NCBI RefSeq assembly: GCF_964204645.1
Contig: NC_134036.1
Coordinates: 8,806,230-8,870,229 of the forward strand
DNA: 64,000 nucleotides
Direction of reading: 5' to 3'
From: Tubulanus polymorphus
Lineage: Eukaryota > Animalia > Nemertea
Under the pieces are notes generated by a model. That model ran no database searches. It saw only the letters and a program-made list of their open reading frames with translations, and was not told the origin of the DNA. The position numbers and the translations under genes were made by a program. Below, piece by piece: positions 36,934-48,800 of the stretch; position 1 is the stretch's first letter; every line of letters begins with the position of its first letter.

Positions 36934-37995
36934 ATGATCACTACTAGCGACAATACGACAAGTGGCCCGGTCCCGCAGCTCAGCTGGTGTCAGAGAGTCC
37001 AAACTCGTCCGGTTAGATTTAGGTTCAGTTTCAACATTAGAATGTATTTAGGATGTTATCTACCGGCGTCTGTACTGGGTATAACATTCAACGCATTCAC
37101 GTTGTTAGTTCTAAAACGGTTTAAATCTGATGTTTATTTTCTCATCAAAATTCTCGCTATAAACGATATTTTGTTTATGGTCGCTACATTCATTCTTAAT
37201 CCGCTGAGAACTGCGTACATTTACGCCGTTTTGGGAGATATTTTGTTCCGCGTAGATGACTGGATGTTCGGGTGGATTTTTATTTTAATATCTTTGCCGT
37301 TTTTTTATATATTTCAGATGACACGTAACTGGTGCACTGTACTGCTCAGTCTAGAGCGGTTAATCGTCGTATTGTTTCCAATAAAATCTCGTAGAATTCC
37401 CAGAAAGCTGATTGCACAGGGCGCAATGTTATTTATTTCTTTGTTGGCTTTTTGTGGTCATTTAGGTCAATTTCTACCCCGCAAACATCTTGGATTCATG
37501 AACTGTCCTTACTATTGGCCTTATATCACAAGACGGCGTGGAGTGATCCGGTACAATTTTGCAATATCCTTCTGGATTTATTCAGTTTCTGAGCGTATTT
37601 TTTTCTTCTTTCTCACTGTCACGTTTCCACTGTTCATTTTGGTTTTCATCAATGTAATTCTTATTTCGGTGACATTTTACCGTCGGGTTACTCGACTTTC
37701 ACAGCTCGGTATAACTGATGAATCGTCTAGAAGGGAAATGAGGGTTTTAAGGATGGTTTTATCAGTTGTTTTCGTGTTTATTATTTGCGAAGGTTTGGGA
37801 TTTGTGGATCGTAGAAGAAATTTGTTCCCCATAGGAATTATCGGTTTTTCTTTTAGATTAATCGCATTGGCATTTTCTATTGTTGATTCGTCAGTAAATT
37901 TCATTATATATTGTGTGACAAATGACAAATTCAGAAAATCGTCCTTTGACATTCTAAGTAAAGCTTGTTCTAGAAGAGGTTCTTGTTTTCGATGA
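36934..37995 (+). CDS. Rhodopsin-family (class A) GPCR, FMRFamide-receptor-like/putative chemoreceptor, single exon
   Basis: Seven hydrophobic segments; LAIND (TM2), RNW.TVLLSLER...V.FP (TM3), DSSVNFIIYC...FR (TM7/helix 8). Confidence 0.9.
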   Translation: MITTSDNTTSGPVPQLSWCQRVQTRPVRFRFSFNIRMYLGCYLPASVLGITFNAFTLLVLKRFKSDVYFLIKILAINDILFMVATFILNPLRTAYIYAVLGDILFRVDDWMFGWIFILISLPFFYIFQMTRNWCTVLLSLERLIVVLFPIKSRRIPRKLIAQGAMLFISLLAFCGHLGQFLPRKHLGFMNCPYYWPYITRRRGVIRYNFAISFWIYSVSERIFFFFLTVTFPLFILVFINVILISVTFYRRVTRLSQLGITDESSRREMRVLRMVLSVVFVFIICEGLGFVDRRRNLFPIGIIGFSFRLIALAFSIVDSSVNFIIYCVTNDKFRKSSFDILSKACSRRGSCFR

Positions 37996-38147
37996 ATAGC
38001 TGGCGTGAGTTGAGATGAGACAATTCTACAGTGGAACTCGCTCCGGATTTTTGTAGAAAAACCCACAACTAAATTTTTAAGAAAATCTCGGAAGAGAATC
38101 TAATACAGAGGCATCAAAACTGTCCGAACATTTCTCAAACTGGAAAA

Positions 38148-38907
38148 TAAAAGGACAAAAAGGACGATGGTATTTAAATAATGTTTATGCAAGAGATTGA
38201 TTCATAAAACTGACATCAAAACTGGGGTTAGTTTTTTTTTTAACAAAACAATCTGCATCTACATTTAATCTGCATTCCTTGACCATTTGAAATATCAGGT
38301 TGTAAAAATGCTACAGCAAATCACCCACCCTAAAATAGAGCCTTAAATAGTCCAAGAGTTATCAGATCGGTAGTAAAATGTTACATCGACTATAAAACCA
38401 AAATAGTCTTAGACTGGACTTAAATCTAAGTTAGGCCACCGGTTGACGCGGATAGTCGGTATGCCGTACGTGATTGGCTGGACGCCATTTTATGTAAGTG
38501 TTGTAAGTTACCCTCCTGGTGAGGAGGGCTTCAGAAATCAGTCAATAGACTCATTGATTGTTCCTCTCCACGGAAATCTTTAGTAAAAGGCGAAAGATTT
38601 AAACGGGGTTGAAGAGAAACATGAGTACCTCTACCCTGAGTCCTCGAGGTATTCATACCCCGAAACCATTTTTGCCTTTATACACGGTGTTTTACTTTCG
38701 CCAAAATTCAGATTTTTTCCGCCACAAAATCGGTCTTTTAGCCAGAAGGTTCCACAGATTTCAGTCATAATTTTATCCAAATTTATATTACACTTAATTA
38801 GATCAATCAACAAGCAATGATGCTACAGTTACAAATATATGATTATATTCATGATGATGGTATCTCGTTTTCCGTGAGCACTCGGTAAATTCCGTCAATC
38901 TCCGACC
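38148..38907. repeat. Direct duplication, copy B
   Basis: Matches 35021-36207 minus the inserts. Confidence 0.9.
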
Positions 38908-39764
38908 ACGCCCACGTGTCCTACAATGGACACGCGTATTGTGACATCTGGGGTCACCTGGCACGTGACCGATACTCTGACCACAGGGTGAAAAGTACCA
39001 ATATCCGACCTCGTATTTATGACGTATTCTTAACGGATAATGGTCGTATATGTTTGATATCTGACCCCAATCCGTAACTGACATTGAAGAATCCGGGAAA
39101 ACGGATCTGCGTATGTATTGATAGATCCCCAACCATACGTCGGTTGTCCGTTGCTGATACTTAGACAGATACGCAACTGACACTTGACGTATGCTTGACG
39201 GATTAAAGAAATCCGACTCGACGGTTTCGACGAGTTGAAACAATTATCCGCAGTATCCGCATCGGTTATATGACGTATTCTTTGATTAGTCATAACCGCA
39301 ATGAATGGATACATTGCGGATTCGAAGCGATTATCCCGTATATGCAGACGTATTTTGATTGGACACCCGTCTGTTGATCCCCATACGAACGGATATATGC
39401 GGTTTTGTGAATAATCTGTATTACGTATTCTTTTGTTTTAGTACTTTCAGCACTTATATACGCACTGCAGGCAACAGGATCCGCAAAGCATATACGAGCT
39501 CTAGATATCTCGGGAATTCTTTCTCCGCTATACGTATGTCCGTGTCTATATTATGCAGTTTGATCAAGTGTACAAAACCAATGAAAAATAAGAAAACTAC
39601 GATGATATACTGATATAATGAATGTTAAGATTTCTTTTATTTAGATGTTATATGTTTTCATTGGATCATGACAAGTTCTAGTTATGTTTAAATAAAAACT
39701 ATTTAAAAACTGTTTAAAAATAACTAGCCCGGCCAACAAACACTTTCAGTAAACTTCCCCTAAC

Positions 39765-40030
39765 AAAAAAATCACACATGTGATTTTTTAAAAAACACGT
39801 GTGATTCACATGTGTAAAAATGGGACATTATCACACATGTGATTTTGTATGTGAATCACACGTGTGATTTTGTATGTGAATCACACGTGTGATTTTATCC
39901 CATTTTTACACATGTGAATCACACATGTGATTCACATTCAAGCTGTATCACACGTGTGATTTTCTAATCTAATTAACCCATTTTTACACATGTCACATAA
40001 CACAGTCATGTGTGATTTTTAACGCATGTG
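39765..40030. repeat. Cluster of palindromic TCACACRTGTGA units
   Basis: About 10 recurrences of CACACATGTG/CACACGTGTG. Confidence 0.8.
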
Positions 40031-41057
40031 ATCTGCAGTCATCCTCATTGTTCAAGCTCCACACGACTGTATTCAAGAAGAAGTATAAGCACACATTCAT
40101 AATGGTCAAAATTTGACCACTTCTTTCATTGTTTCATCCATATTTCACAATTTCCTAAAAACTCATTGCCTGAAAGGAGATCCACATAGTGGCAAAACAA
40201 AATGAAGTTTCAAAATTACCAACCAAATGTAATAACTCACTTGTGTAAGCTTACATGTTGATGGGAATTTTATTTTCAAATATTTACAGATTTACTTCGT
40301 CAATTTATACTGTTTCAGCATTTGTCCAATTTTCTTTCTAATTTGGGCTGCGATAACCCCCAATCAACAATTCAGAACATGATCTGGAATGAGACAAAAT
40401 TATAAAACATTCAAATACTACACACAATTCCAAACAATAAATCAATCAATCAATATCCCTAATATCAATCATCTGATGAAAAAAGCCAAAGTTACATTAT
40501 TATGATAAGTGAAACCAGATCGAAAATAAACGGCGCTACTTTTACACTAGCTTATAAATTTTTTCAATCAACACTTACCATAACAGGACTCAAAACCTCT
40601 TTTTCAGTAATTTGTTCCGGCTGAAAGTATACGTTTCATTCTCCATGTAGATAAATTACTACTCGAGGAAATGTACTGACTCCCTAGATTAATAACGGAA
40701 AATTCCATTTTAATTTGTAAATGATTCATTCAAATGTAGAAAGAATTGGCAAATACTGTTCAATACCGGCTGATCATTCAGTTTAGGAATTATACAGTAT
40801 AGTATGCAAACGAGTGTCTTTTTCCTGGACATATCGTGATTTGATTATTATTCCATTATTTAACTGAAATGCACACGGTTATGAAAATATATTATAGTTT
40901 CAAATTACTTTTAATATTTGTTTTTAATGAACTCGACCATTCAACCTTTAACCCGAAAGCCCATTACCCCTATTACTCTTAAAATATTCATATAAATGAA
41001 TAACATTTAAATCATTGAACTTCTAAAATCAATTTTAATAAAAAATTTAGTATTAAA

Positions 41058-44000
41058 ATGGAAGCAAATAAGTACTACTGTCCATCATGTAATATCAATA
41101 TAGATAAATCCCAAAAAGCAAGACACAATAAAACTAATACACATTTAGAGAATAAATTGAAACTAGAATATAAAGATGATATATTAGAAACTAAATTAGA
41201 AGAATTAAAGAATGAAAAAGAAACATATAAATGTGATGCATGTAATCAATCATTCAGTGATAAAAGATATTATAAAGAACATTTAAAATCTATAAGTCAT
41301 ATTAGAAATAAGAATAATGATATTTTAGGTGAAGATTATTTTGATAATGATAACGATAAGAAACAGAAGACAATTAAAAGCATAAAAAATAAATTAAACA
41401 ATAAAAGACCATACATGGAATTGGCCCCAGCAGCTATTGAGTTTAAATTTCATAAAGGAAAAACATTAGAAGAAAATAAAAAACATTTAGAAAAAATGAA
41501 AGAAATAATAAAAATAATAACTGATGTTGAATATCCTAAAATAAGTATTTCATCAAAAGTTAAATTCATAAAATCTGAAGATAAACCAATATATAATATA
41601 AATTCTCATTCACAACATATTATATCTAAACAACATATAGATCATAAATTAGATAAATGTTCTAATGAAGTAAAAACTAAAATAGAAGAGAAATATTTTG
41701 AAGGATCTGGTTTAATATTTGATGAAATAATATTTATGACTTTACATGTTTATAACACAAAATATAATAAGTTAACTAAATCAAAACCAATTGATGAAAA
41801 TAATTTATCATATTATAAAGATGATAGTATAAATGGAACAAGTTATATTAAACTACCATTTAAAACTTATGCTGTAATAAATGTACAAAATTTTGATGAT
41901 AAATGTTTACTATGGACTATAATAAGTTGTTTACATCCTGCAACTTATAATATTTGTAGATTAACTCATTATAAACCATTTGAAAATAATTATAAGATAG
42001 ATAAGTATCCTGTTAGAATTAAAAACGTCCCAAAGATAGAAAGAGATAATAATTTAAGAATAAATGTATTTGATTTAATCAAATTACCAAATACAAAAGG
42101 TAACAATATAAAACATTATACATTAGAACCTTTATATCTATCAAAAGATTATGATTCAAATGATGTTATAGATATATTATATTATGAGAATCATTATATG
42201 TGGATTAAACAAATAGATTTATTTTTTAAATCAGAAAATGATCACCATAAAATATATCTTTGTAGAAAATGTTTACATAAATTCAATAATGAAAGTACAT
42301 TATTAAATCATAAACAATTATGTGAAAATCATGATTATTGTAAATAAGTTTTACCAAATGAAAAGGATAAAATATTAGAATTCAAAAAATATGATTACAA
42401 AAATAAAGTACCATTTGTAATATATGGAGATTTTGAATCATTAAATAAAGAACTAACTGATCAAGATAGAAAAGAAATATATTATAAAAGAAAGAAATTA
42501 AATTCTAATGAAAATGATTTTTCAGATGAACCACCAAAAACAAATACAATTAAAAAGATTCATCAATCAGCTGCTGCTTTCGGGTTATATATAAAATCTG
42601 ATTATCCAGAACTAATTGAAAGTGAATATTATCATTACAGAAATGAAAATGTTATCAATGATTTTTGTGACTTATTAATTGAATATGAAATAAGATTTAG
42701 TAAATTATTGAATACAAATATAGAAATTATAATGACAGAAGAATTTAAAGAAGAATTTGTGTTTGCAGGTAAATGTTATTATTGTGAAAAGATATTTAAT
42801 TATAAAGATAAAAAAGTAAGAGACCATGATCATTTGAATGGAAAGTTTAGAGGTGCTGCACATGAAAATTGTAACTTACAAGCTAAGAAAATTAACTTTG
42901 TACCAGTTATATTTCATAATCTATCAGGATATGATGCACATTTATTCATCAAACAGTTATGCCATAAAATAGAAAAAATCAATAATGAAATAGAAATATT
43001 AAATTCAAATAGATCAAAAGATAAAATACCAACTTATAAATTTAGAATGTTAGCTAAAACATCTGAGAATTATATATCATTCCAATTTGGGTGTTTAAGA
43101 TTTATAGATTCATATAGATTTTTAAATAGTTCATTAGATAACTTATCAAAATCATTAGTTGATGATGAATTAAAGATATTAAAACAACATTACCCAAATA
43201 ATGATGATTTTGAATTAATGAGATATAAAGGAGCAATTCCATATTCATTTTATAAGAATCATAATGATTTCAATATAACTGAATTATTGAAAGAACAATT
43301 CTATGATGAATTAAAAAATGAATATGTTAAAGATGAAGTCTATAATAGAACATTGAATATTTGGAATCATTTCAAAATAGAAAATCATGGACAATTAGTA
43401 GATATATATTTAAAATCAGATGTATTATTATTAACCGATATATTCGAAAGGTTTAGAGATGTAAACCTAAAATATTTCAATATTGATCCTTGTCATTGTT
43501 ATTCATCACCAGGTTTAACATGGGATTGTGGATTAAAATTTACAAATATAAAAATGGATTTGTTAACAAATATAGATCAATTATTATTATTTGAAAAATC
43601 TATAAGAGGAGGAGTTTCAGGTGTATTAGGGGATAGATATTTCAATGTAAATGATAACCCCGGATATAAGTTATTATATATAGATGCAAATAATCTTTAT
43701 GGTTGGGCAATGATGGAACCACAACCTTATGGAGTATTTGGATTTAAATCTAGAAATCTAGCATACTGTCCCGAACATAAAACTGTAACTCATAAAGAAT
43801 TATCAAATTACCAAAAAAGAATTAAACCCGAAAATCATATTCATACAGAAAAGTTAATGGTAACTCAAGAAGATAAATATAATTATGTAGTACATTATAG
43901 AATGTTAAAGTTTTATTTGAATCAAGGAATGATCCTAAAAAAAGTACATAGATATATTTCATTTAGTCAATCTAAGTGGTTAGAAAAATATATAGATTTT

Positions 44001-44888
44001 AACACCAAACAGAGAACTAAAGCTAAAACTGATTTCGACAAAGATTTCTTCAAGTTAATGAATAATGCATTCTATGGTAAGACTTGTGAAAATATTAGAA
44101 ATAGAAATGATATTGAGTTAGTCAGTAATGGTAAAAGAATTAGACATTTACAAACATATCCTAAGTTCATTGGAAACAGAATATTTGATGAAAATTTAGC
44201 TGCAGTTAAGATGAGAAGAACATCAATGAAATTTAATAAACCAATCTATGTTGGCGCTTCAGTTTTAGAATTATCAAAATTACTAATGTATGAATTCTAT
44301 TATAACGTATTACAACCACTTTTTGGAGAAAAACATATAGAAATCTTATATTTTGATACCGATTCTTACATATTAAAGATAAAAACTGATAACATAACTG
44401 ATGATTTAAAAACATTAAAACATCATTTTGATTTTAGTAACTATCCTAAAGATCATGAATTGTTTAGCAATGATAATAAAAAAGTTCCCGGTAAATTCAA
44501 AGATGAATTAGGTGGTGAAGAATTGATTGAATTCATTGGTATTAGATCTAAAATGTATTCATATAAAACTAAAGAACATGAAGCTAAAAAGTTAAAAGGA
44601 ATAACCAAAAGTGTAGTAGAAAAGAATATTCATTTCAAAGATTACATCAATTGTATATTCAAAGAAGAAGTTAGAAAACATAAGATGAGATGTTTAAGAT
44701 CTGAAGATCATGAAATGTTTATTGAAGAAATTGAAAAGATAAGTCTAAACCCATTTGATGATAAAAGATATATTTTAGATGATGGAATTCATACAGTTGC
44801 TTATGGTTGCAATTTAGATGAATACTTAAAATTTAAAAGAGAAGAAACAAAAGAGAACGAGATAATGAAAAGAATTCTAACGTGTTAA
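41058..44888 (+). pseudogene. polB: Protein-primed family B DNA polymerase, intein-free; one in-frame stop (42345) and in-frame deletions
   Basis: Both ORF pieces are in one frame; zinc fingers, NFDDKCLLW, YGDFES, RDHDH, FHNLSGYD, YIDANNLYG, KLMNNAFYGK, YFDTDS, KMY, KGI, DDKR. Confidence 0.96.
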
Positions 44889-44917
44889 TCAAATTTTAAT
44901 AAAAATATGTTATTAAA

Positions 44918-45283
44918 ATGGAGAGTAAACAAGCACACAGTGAGAACAACAAATTATTTCTAGATAGAATTAAAGATATAACAAATGTAAAATCTGTAGA
45001 TTATAAATTCAAAAAGTTAACAGAATTAACAATTGATAAGAAATATCTAATTACAAATATTGATACAGTTACTAATAACTATGGAGATAAATTAGTTATA
45101 CACTTAGAATATGAAGGATTAAAAGGAAATACATATAAATTCAGAACATATTTACCTGATAGATTTCATAGATTATCAAGTGAAGATTTAGAAGAATTAT
45201 GTTCTGGAGATTTCTATTTCGTATACAAAGGTAAGAATGAAAAGGGGCACCATGAAATAGATTTCGAAGAAGAAAATATGTAA
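44918..45283 (+). CDS. Polinton hypothetical protein (possible OB-fold/ssDNA-binding)
   Basis: Intact 121 aa; beta-rich YG..L.I.L...YLP.RF pattern; shares an upstream motif with polB. The function is an inference. Confidence 0.6.
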   Translation: MESKQAHSENNKLFLDRIKDITNVKSVDYKFKKLTELTIDKKYLITNIDTVTNNYGDKLVIHLEYEGLKGNTYKFRTYLPDRFHRLSSEDLEELCSGDFYFVYKGKNEKGHHEIDFEEENM

Positions 45284-45288
45284 AATAA

Positions 45289-46051
45289 ATGGTAGAATTA
45301 AAAGAATACAGAATATTTGTAGATTCTAGAAGACTTACAAATTATAAATCTCATAATTTACTAGTTCAATTAGATAGGGAATATAAAAATTGTGTAGATT
45401 TAAAATTAGTAAATATAAGTTTATGTAACTCATTTTACAGTATATCGAATAAAACTATTGAACAAAGAGCTTTTTTTAATTTTTAATAAAAACAAAAATG
45501 AATGGGTCTATATATATTTAAAACCAGGGTTATATAATTTAGATACATTGGCACAAGAAATTAATAGAAAAGCCTGGCACAAATTAGGTAGTAGTTCTGG
45601 GTTTAGTATTAGATTTTTAAAAAGTGAGAGTTCTGATAGAATAAAGATAAGGTTGTCTAATAGTGAAAAACATTAATTTATGGTAAAAAAACCTATAGCT
45701 AAACTGTTAGGAATTCTTCCAGATAGATCTTTTACAAATATTGATGCTGTTACACCAAACTTAATACCTCACACACATTTTTATATTTATTGCAATTTAA
45801 TCGATCCTACAAAAACATTCGAAGCAACTAAAGATATAACTTGTAATTCTGGTTTACTAAACATTTTACCATTGAAGAATGTTAAAGAATTTGGAACGCA
45901 AATAAATTATAATTTAACAGAGTGTGATTTCAAACCTAGCATTCCTCGTTTTAATAATTTTAGATTAGAAATTAGAAATCATAATGGATACTTAATTGAT
46001 TTAAATAATTTCCCTGTAATTTATGAATTAGTTATAAGATGTAGAGAGTAA
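45289..46051 (+). pseudogene. Minor capsid protein (penton), frameshift plus stop
   Basis: IFVDSR, LKPGLYN...L, AKLLG, FYIYCNLI, LEIRN.NG.LIDLNNFP...EL pattern over three ORF pieces. Confidence 0.75.
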
Positions 46052-46068
46052 TTTTTTTCACTTTATAA

Positions 46069-46410
46069 ATGAATATAACTGTTGGACCGAGTATATGTTT
46101 TGGGTTTGATTTTAAACATGGTAAAGAAATGAGAATTAAACTAAATGATGTAATTACTGATATAAAAAGTAAATCATTTAACAATGCATCAATGATTGAT
46201 AAAGAAAATTATAATATAGAAAAAGTAATTGATTTAATTAAAACGCCTTTAGAATATTATGAATTAAATGAAGATGGAATTATTGAAGATATCAAAAACA
46301 TATTATCCAAAATATATGATAATCATAAAAGTAGTAATGAAATAAATGTTGAATTAATCATAAATAAGATAACTAAATATTTTGATGATAGTAATTTCTT
46401 TGATAAATAA
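46069..46410 (+). CDS. Polinton hypothetical protein
   Basis: Intact ORF with TAAATG start in a tightly packed gene array. Confidence 0.65.
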   Translation: MNITVGPSICFGFDFKHGKEMRIKLNDVITDIKSKSFNNASMIDKENYNIEKVIDLIKTPLEYYELNEDGIIEDIKNILSKIYDNHKSSNEINVELIINKITKYFDDSNFFDK

Positions 46411-46632
46411 ATGAGTGATAATAAGTGGATAATAACTGGATTATATAATGGAGCATTACTATCAGTTGGAACTGTTGGTTATTCAATGGTATTAAAAAAA
46501 GTATTCAAAATGGGAAGTGTTAATGTTGATAGATTTGATATAAATGATATCTTAAAATTAACATTAGCAGTTACTTTATCTAATTTAACTATTGATTATT
46601 TGGAAAAACAAAAATATATTCCTCCCATATAA
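46411..46632 (+). CDS. Small hydrophobic Polinton protein
   Basis: TAAATG start abutting the previous stop; two hydrophobic segments. Confidence 0.65.
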   Translation: MSDNKWIITGLYNGALLSVGTVGYSMVLKKVFKMGSVNVDRFDINDILKLTLAVTLSNLTIDYLEKQKYIPPI

Positions 46633-46656
46633 ATGCGTAATTATTTTACTAAATAA

Positions 46657-47078
46657 ATGGCTTCCGTAATTATAACTATTATAGGATCAGCAATTGTTAA
46701 CGCTTTAGCATTTACTGGTGGTGGATATTTATTTAAACATATTGATAAAAATGGTTCATTAACAGAACAAAAAAGACGTAACTTAGCGTTAGAGAAATAC
46801 AATAAATCTGCAGAAGAATATAGAGAAAAAAGACAAAACTATATGGATTATATTAACAAGGAATTATATGATCAGAAGATTTCACATAGAGATTTTCAAT
46901 CAGTTGATGATGCAATGAGTTTATATAACGCGGTAACCAGTAAAGAAAAATAACATCTATACAAACCCAAATTATCAGATAATTATACCCAAGTAATGAA
47001 CAGAAGAAATATGAAATAATATGGATTTTAGGTGGAACAGTTATTGTTATATTTGTTGCTTATAAGTTTACTAATTAG
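46657..47078 (+). pseudogene. Membrane protein (N-terminal G.A.VNALAFTG hydrophobic helix, C-terminal TM), frameshifted
   Basis: 98-aa ORF followed by YEIIWILGGTVIVIFVAYKF in another frame. Confidence 0.6.
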
Positions 47079-47098
47079 TAATTTTTTTTTCTAAATAA

Positions 47099-47533
47099 AT
47101 GGAAGATAAAGTTAATAATATTGATATTATTCCTCATGATATAAATAAAAATAAATTAAAAATATATTTAGAAAAACAAATATTAGAATTTGAAAGTGAC
47201 TTAAAGATAAAAAAGAAAAAATATTTAAAAAGTAAAATTATATATTATTTGATTATAAGTGGTTCGGTTACAATTAGTTCTGTAATAACATTTCTAGCAA
47301 TATTCAGTCCATTAACACCATTAGCTATATAAATTGGCGTATTATGATTAAGTTCAAGTGTTTTAACTGGTATAAGTTCAAAATTAAATATAAAAAGTAA
47401 TAAAGAAAAAATTAAAACTAATATAAAAGAAATTAATAAATTAAAGAATACACTAGATTATATAATAAGTTTAAATGGCCATATAACAGTTGAAGAACAA
47501 GATAAATTATTAAAAGAATTAGTTAATTATTAA
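47099..47533 (+). pseudogene. Coiled-coil/two-TM protein with internal stops
   Basis: 77-aa ORF; hydrophobic and coiled-coil coding sequence continues past the stop. Confidence 0.55.
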
Positions 47534-47549
47534 TTTTTTAATTATATAA

Positions 47550-48784
47550 ATGGGGTTTCCAAAAGCTTTCCAATATAATAAATCAATTAAATATAATATT
47601 CCTGCAATAGATTTTAAGAAAAATATTACATATAGAAATGTAGTTTTAAATTCATTAACTAATTTAGAAATTTATGTCACTGAATCACAGTTTTTTATTT
47701 CTAAAATGGAAAATGTATTTAATACATATGAAGTTACTTTTTCTCGAGATGAATATCATATATATAAAGTAAAATCTAATATGAAATATTGGCAGAACCA
47801 ATTAGATTTTGCTGTTTATTGTGCAACAACAGGATGTGGAATAAGTTGGAATGATCATTTAAATAACTTAGATAAAAATTTGAAGTATTCTGATTTAAAA
47901 TTAATTCACACAATATTTAGATTTCACACATATTTTCAAATCAGAATAATATTAAATGAATTAGAATGTCCTTTACCCGGATCTAAATATTTTAAAGAAT
48001 TGGATAATAATATTAATCTATCTAAGTTTTATAAAGTGAAGAGTTTGAAATAAAAAGAATTGATTATATGCATAGAATTTCAGCTTATCATAATTATAAA
48101 ATTGATAATAATAATGGTTGGGTTAATTTCATTTTAGAAAATGGTGAAGGTTTTACAAAATCAGGTATACAAAGAATAAATCAATCTATTAGAACTTATT
48201 TGATATGTATTTTAGGTGCGCAAGTTGAAAAAAGATCCCCAATAATTGGAAATTATAACACTTCATTCGATGCGCAGAAATAGTTTAAAGTATTATTTGA
48301 AGATTCAATTCATAATGATAAAAATAGATCGATTCCAGAAAACATTGTAAGATATCAAAATTATTTAGATAAATCACATATTAGATTAAATTATTGTATA
48401 GGCCCTAATCTATTTATTATTTCTAATGATTTAGTATTAAAGATGGGAAACATAATTGGTTATAATAATCTAATTAAAACTGCAACAATAAATAATTCAT
48501 TTGGATTAAATGATATAAATAAAAAGATTATCACTGCTCCAAAATTAATGGAAGGTGAAAAAAATAAAAAACATATTCAATCAACTGAAACTAAAACTAA
48601 TAATATTAAATTAAATAATGATTCTAAAATAAAAGATTATAATACATCAGAAGATATAAAAACTGATATTATTCAACATGATATAATTAAACTAAATGAT
48701 GATAATAAATCCCATGAAAATACTAAATTAGCTATAACTTGTATAGGAATTGTAATCGGAGGAATATTATATTTTAAAATTTAA
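47550..48784 (+). pseudogene. Polinton protein of unknown function (WQNQLDFAVYCATTGCGIS), C-terminal TM, fragmented
   Basis: Three consecutive ORF pieces with continuous coding character. Confidence 0.65.
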
Positions 48785-48800
48785 TTTTTGTATTATGTAA

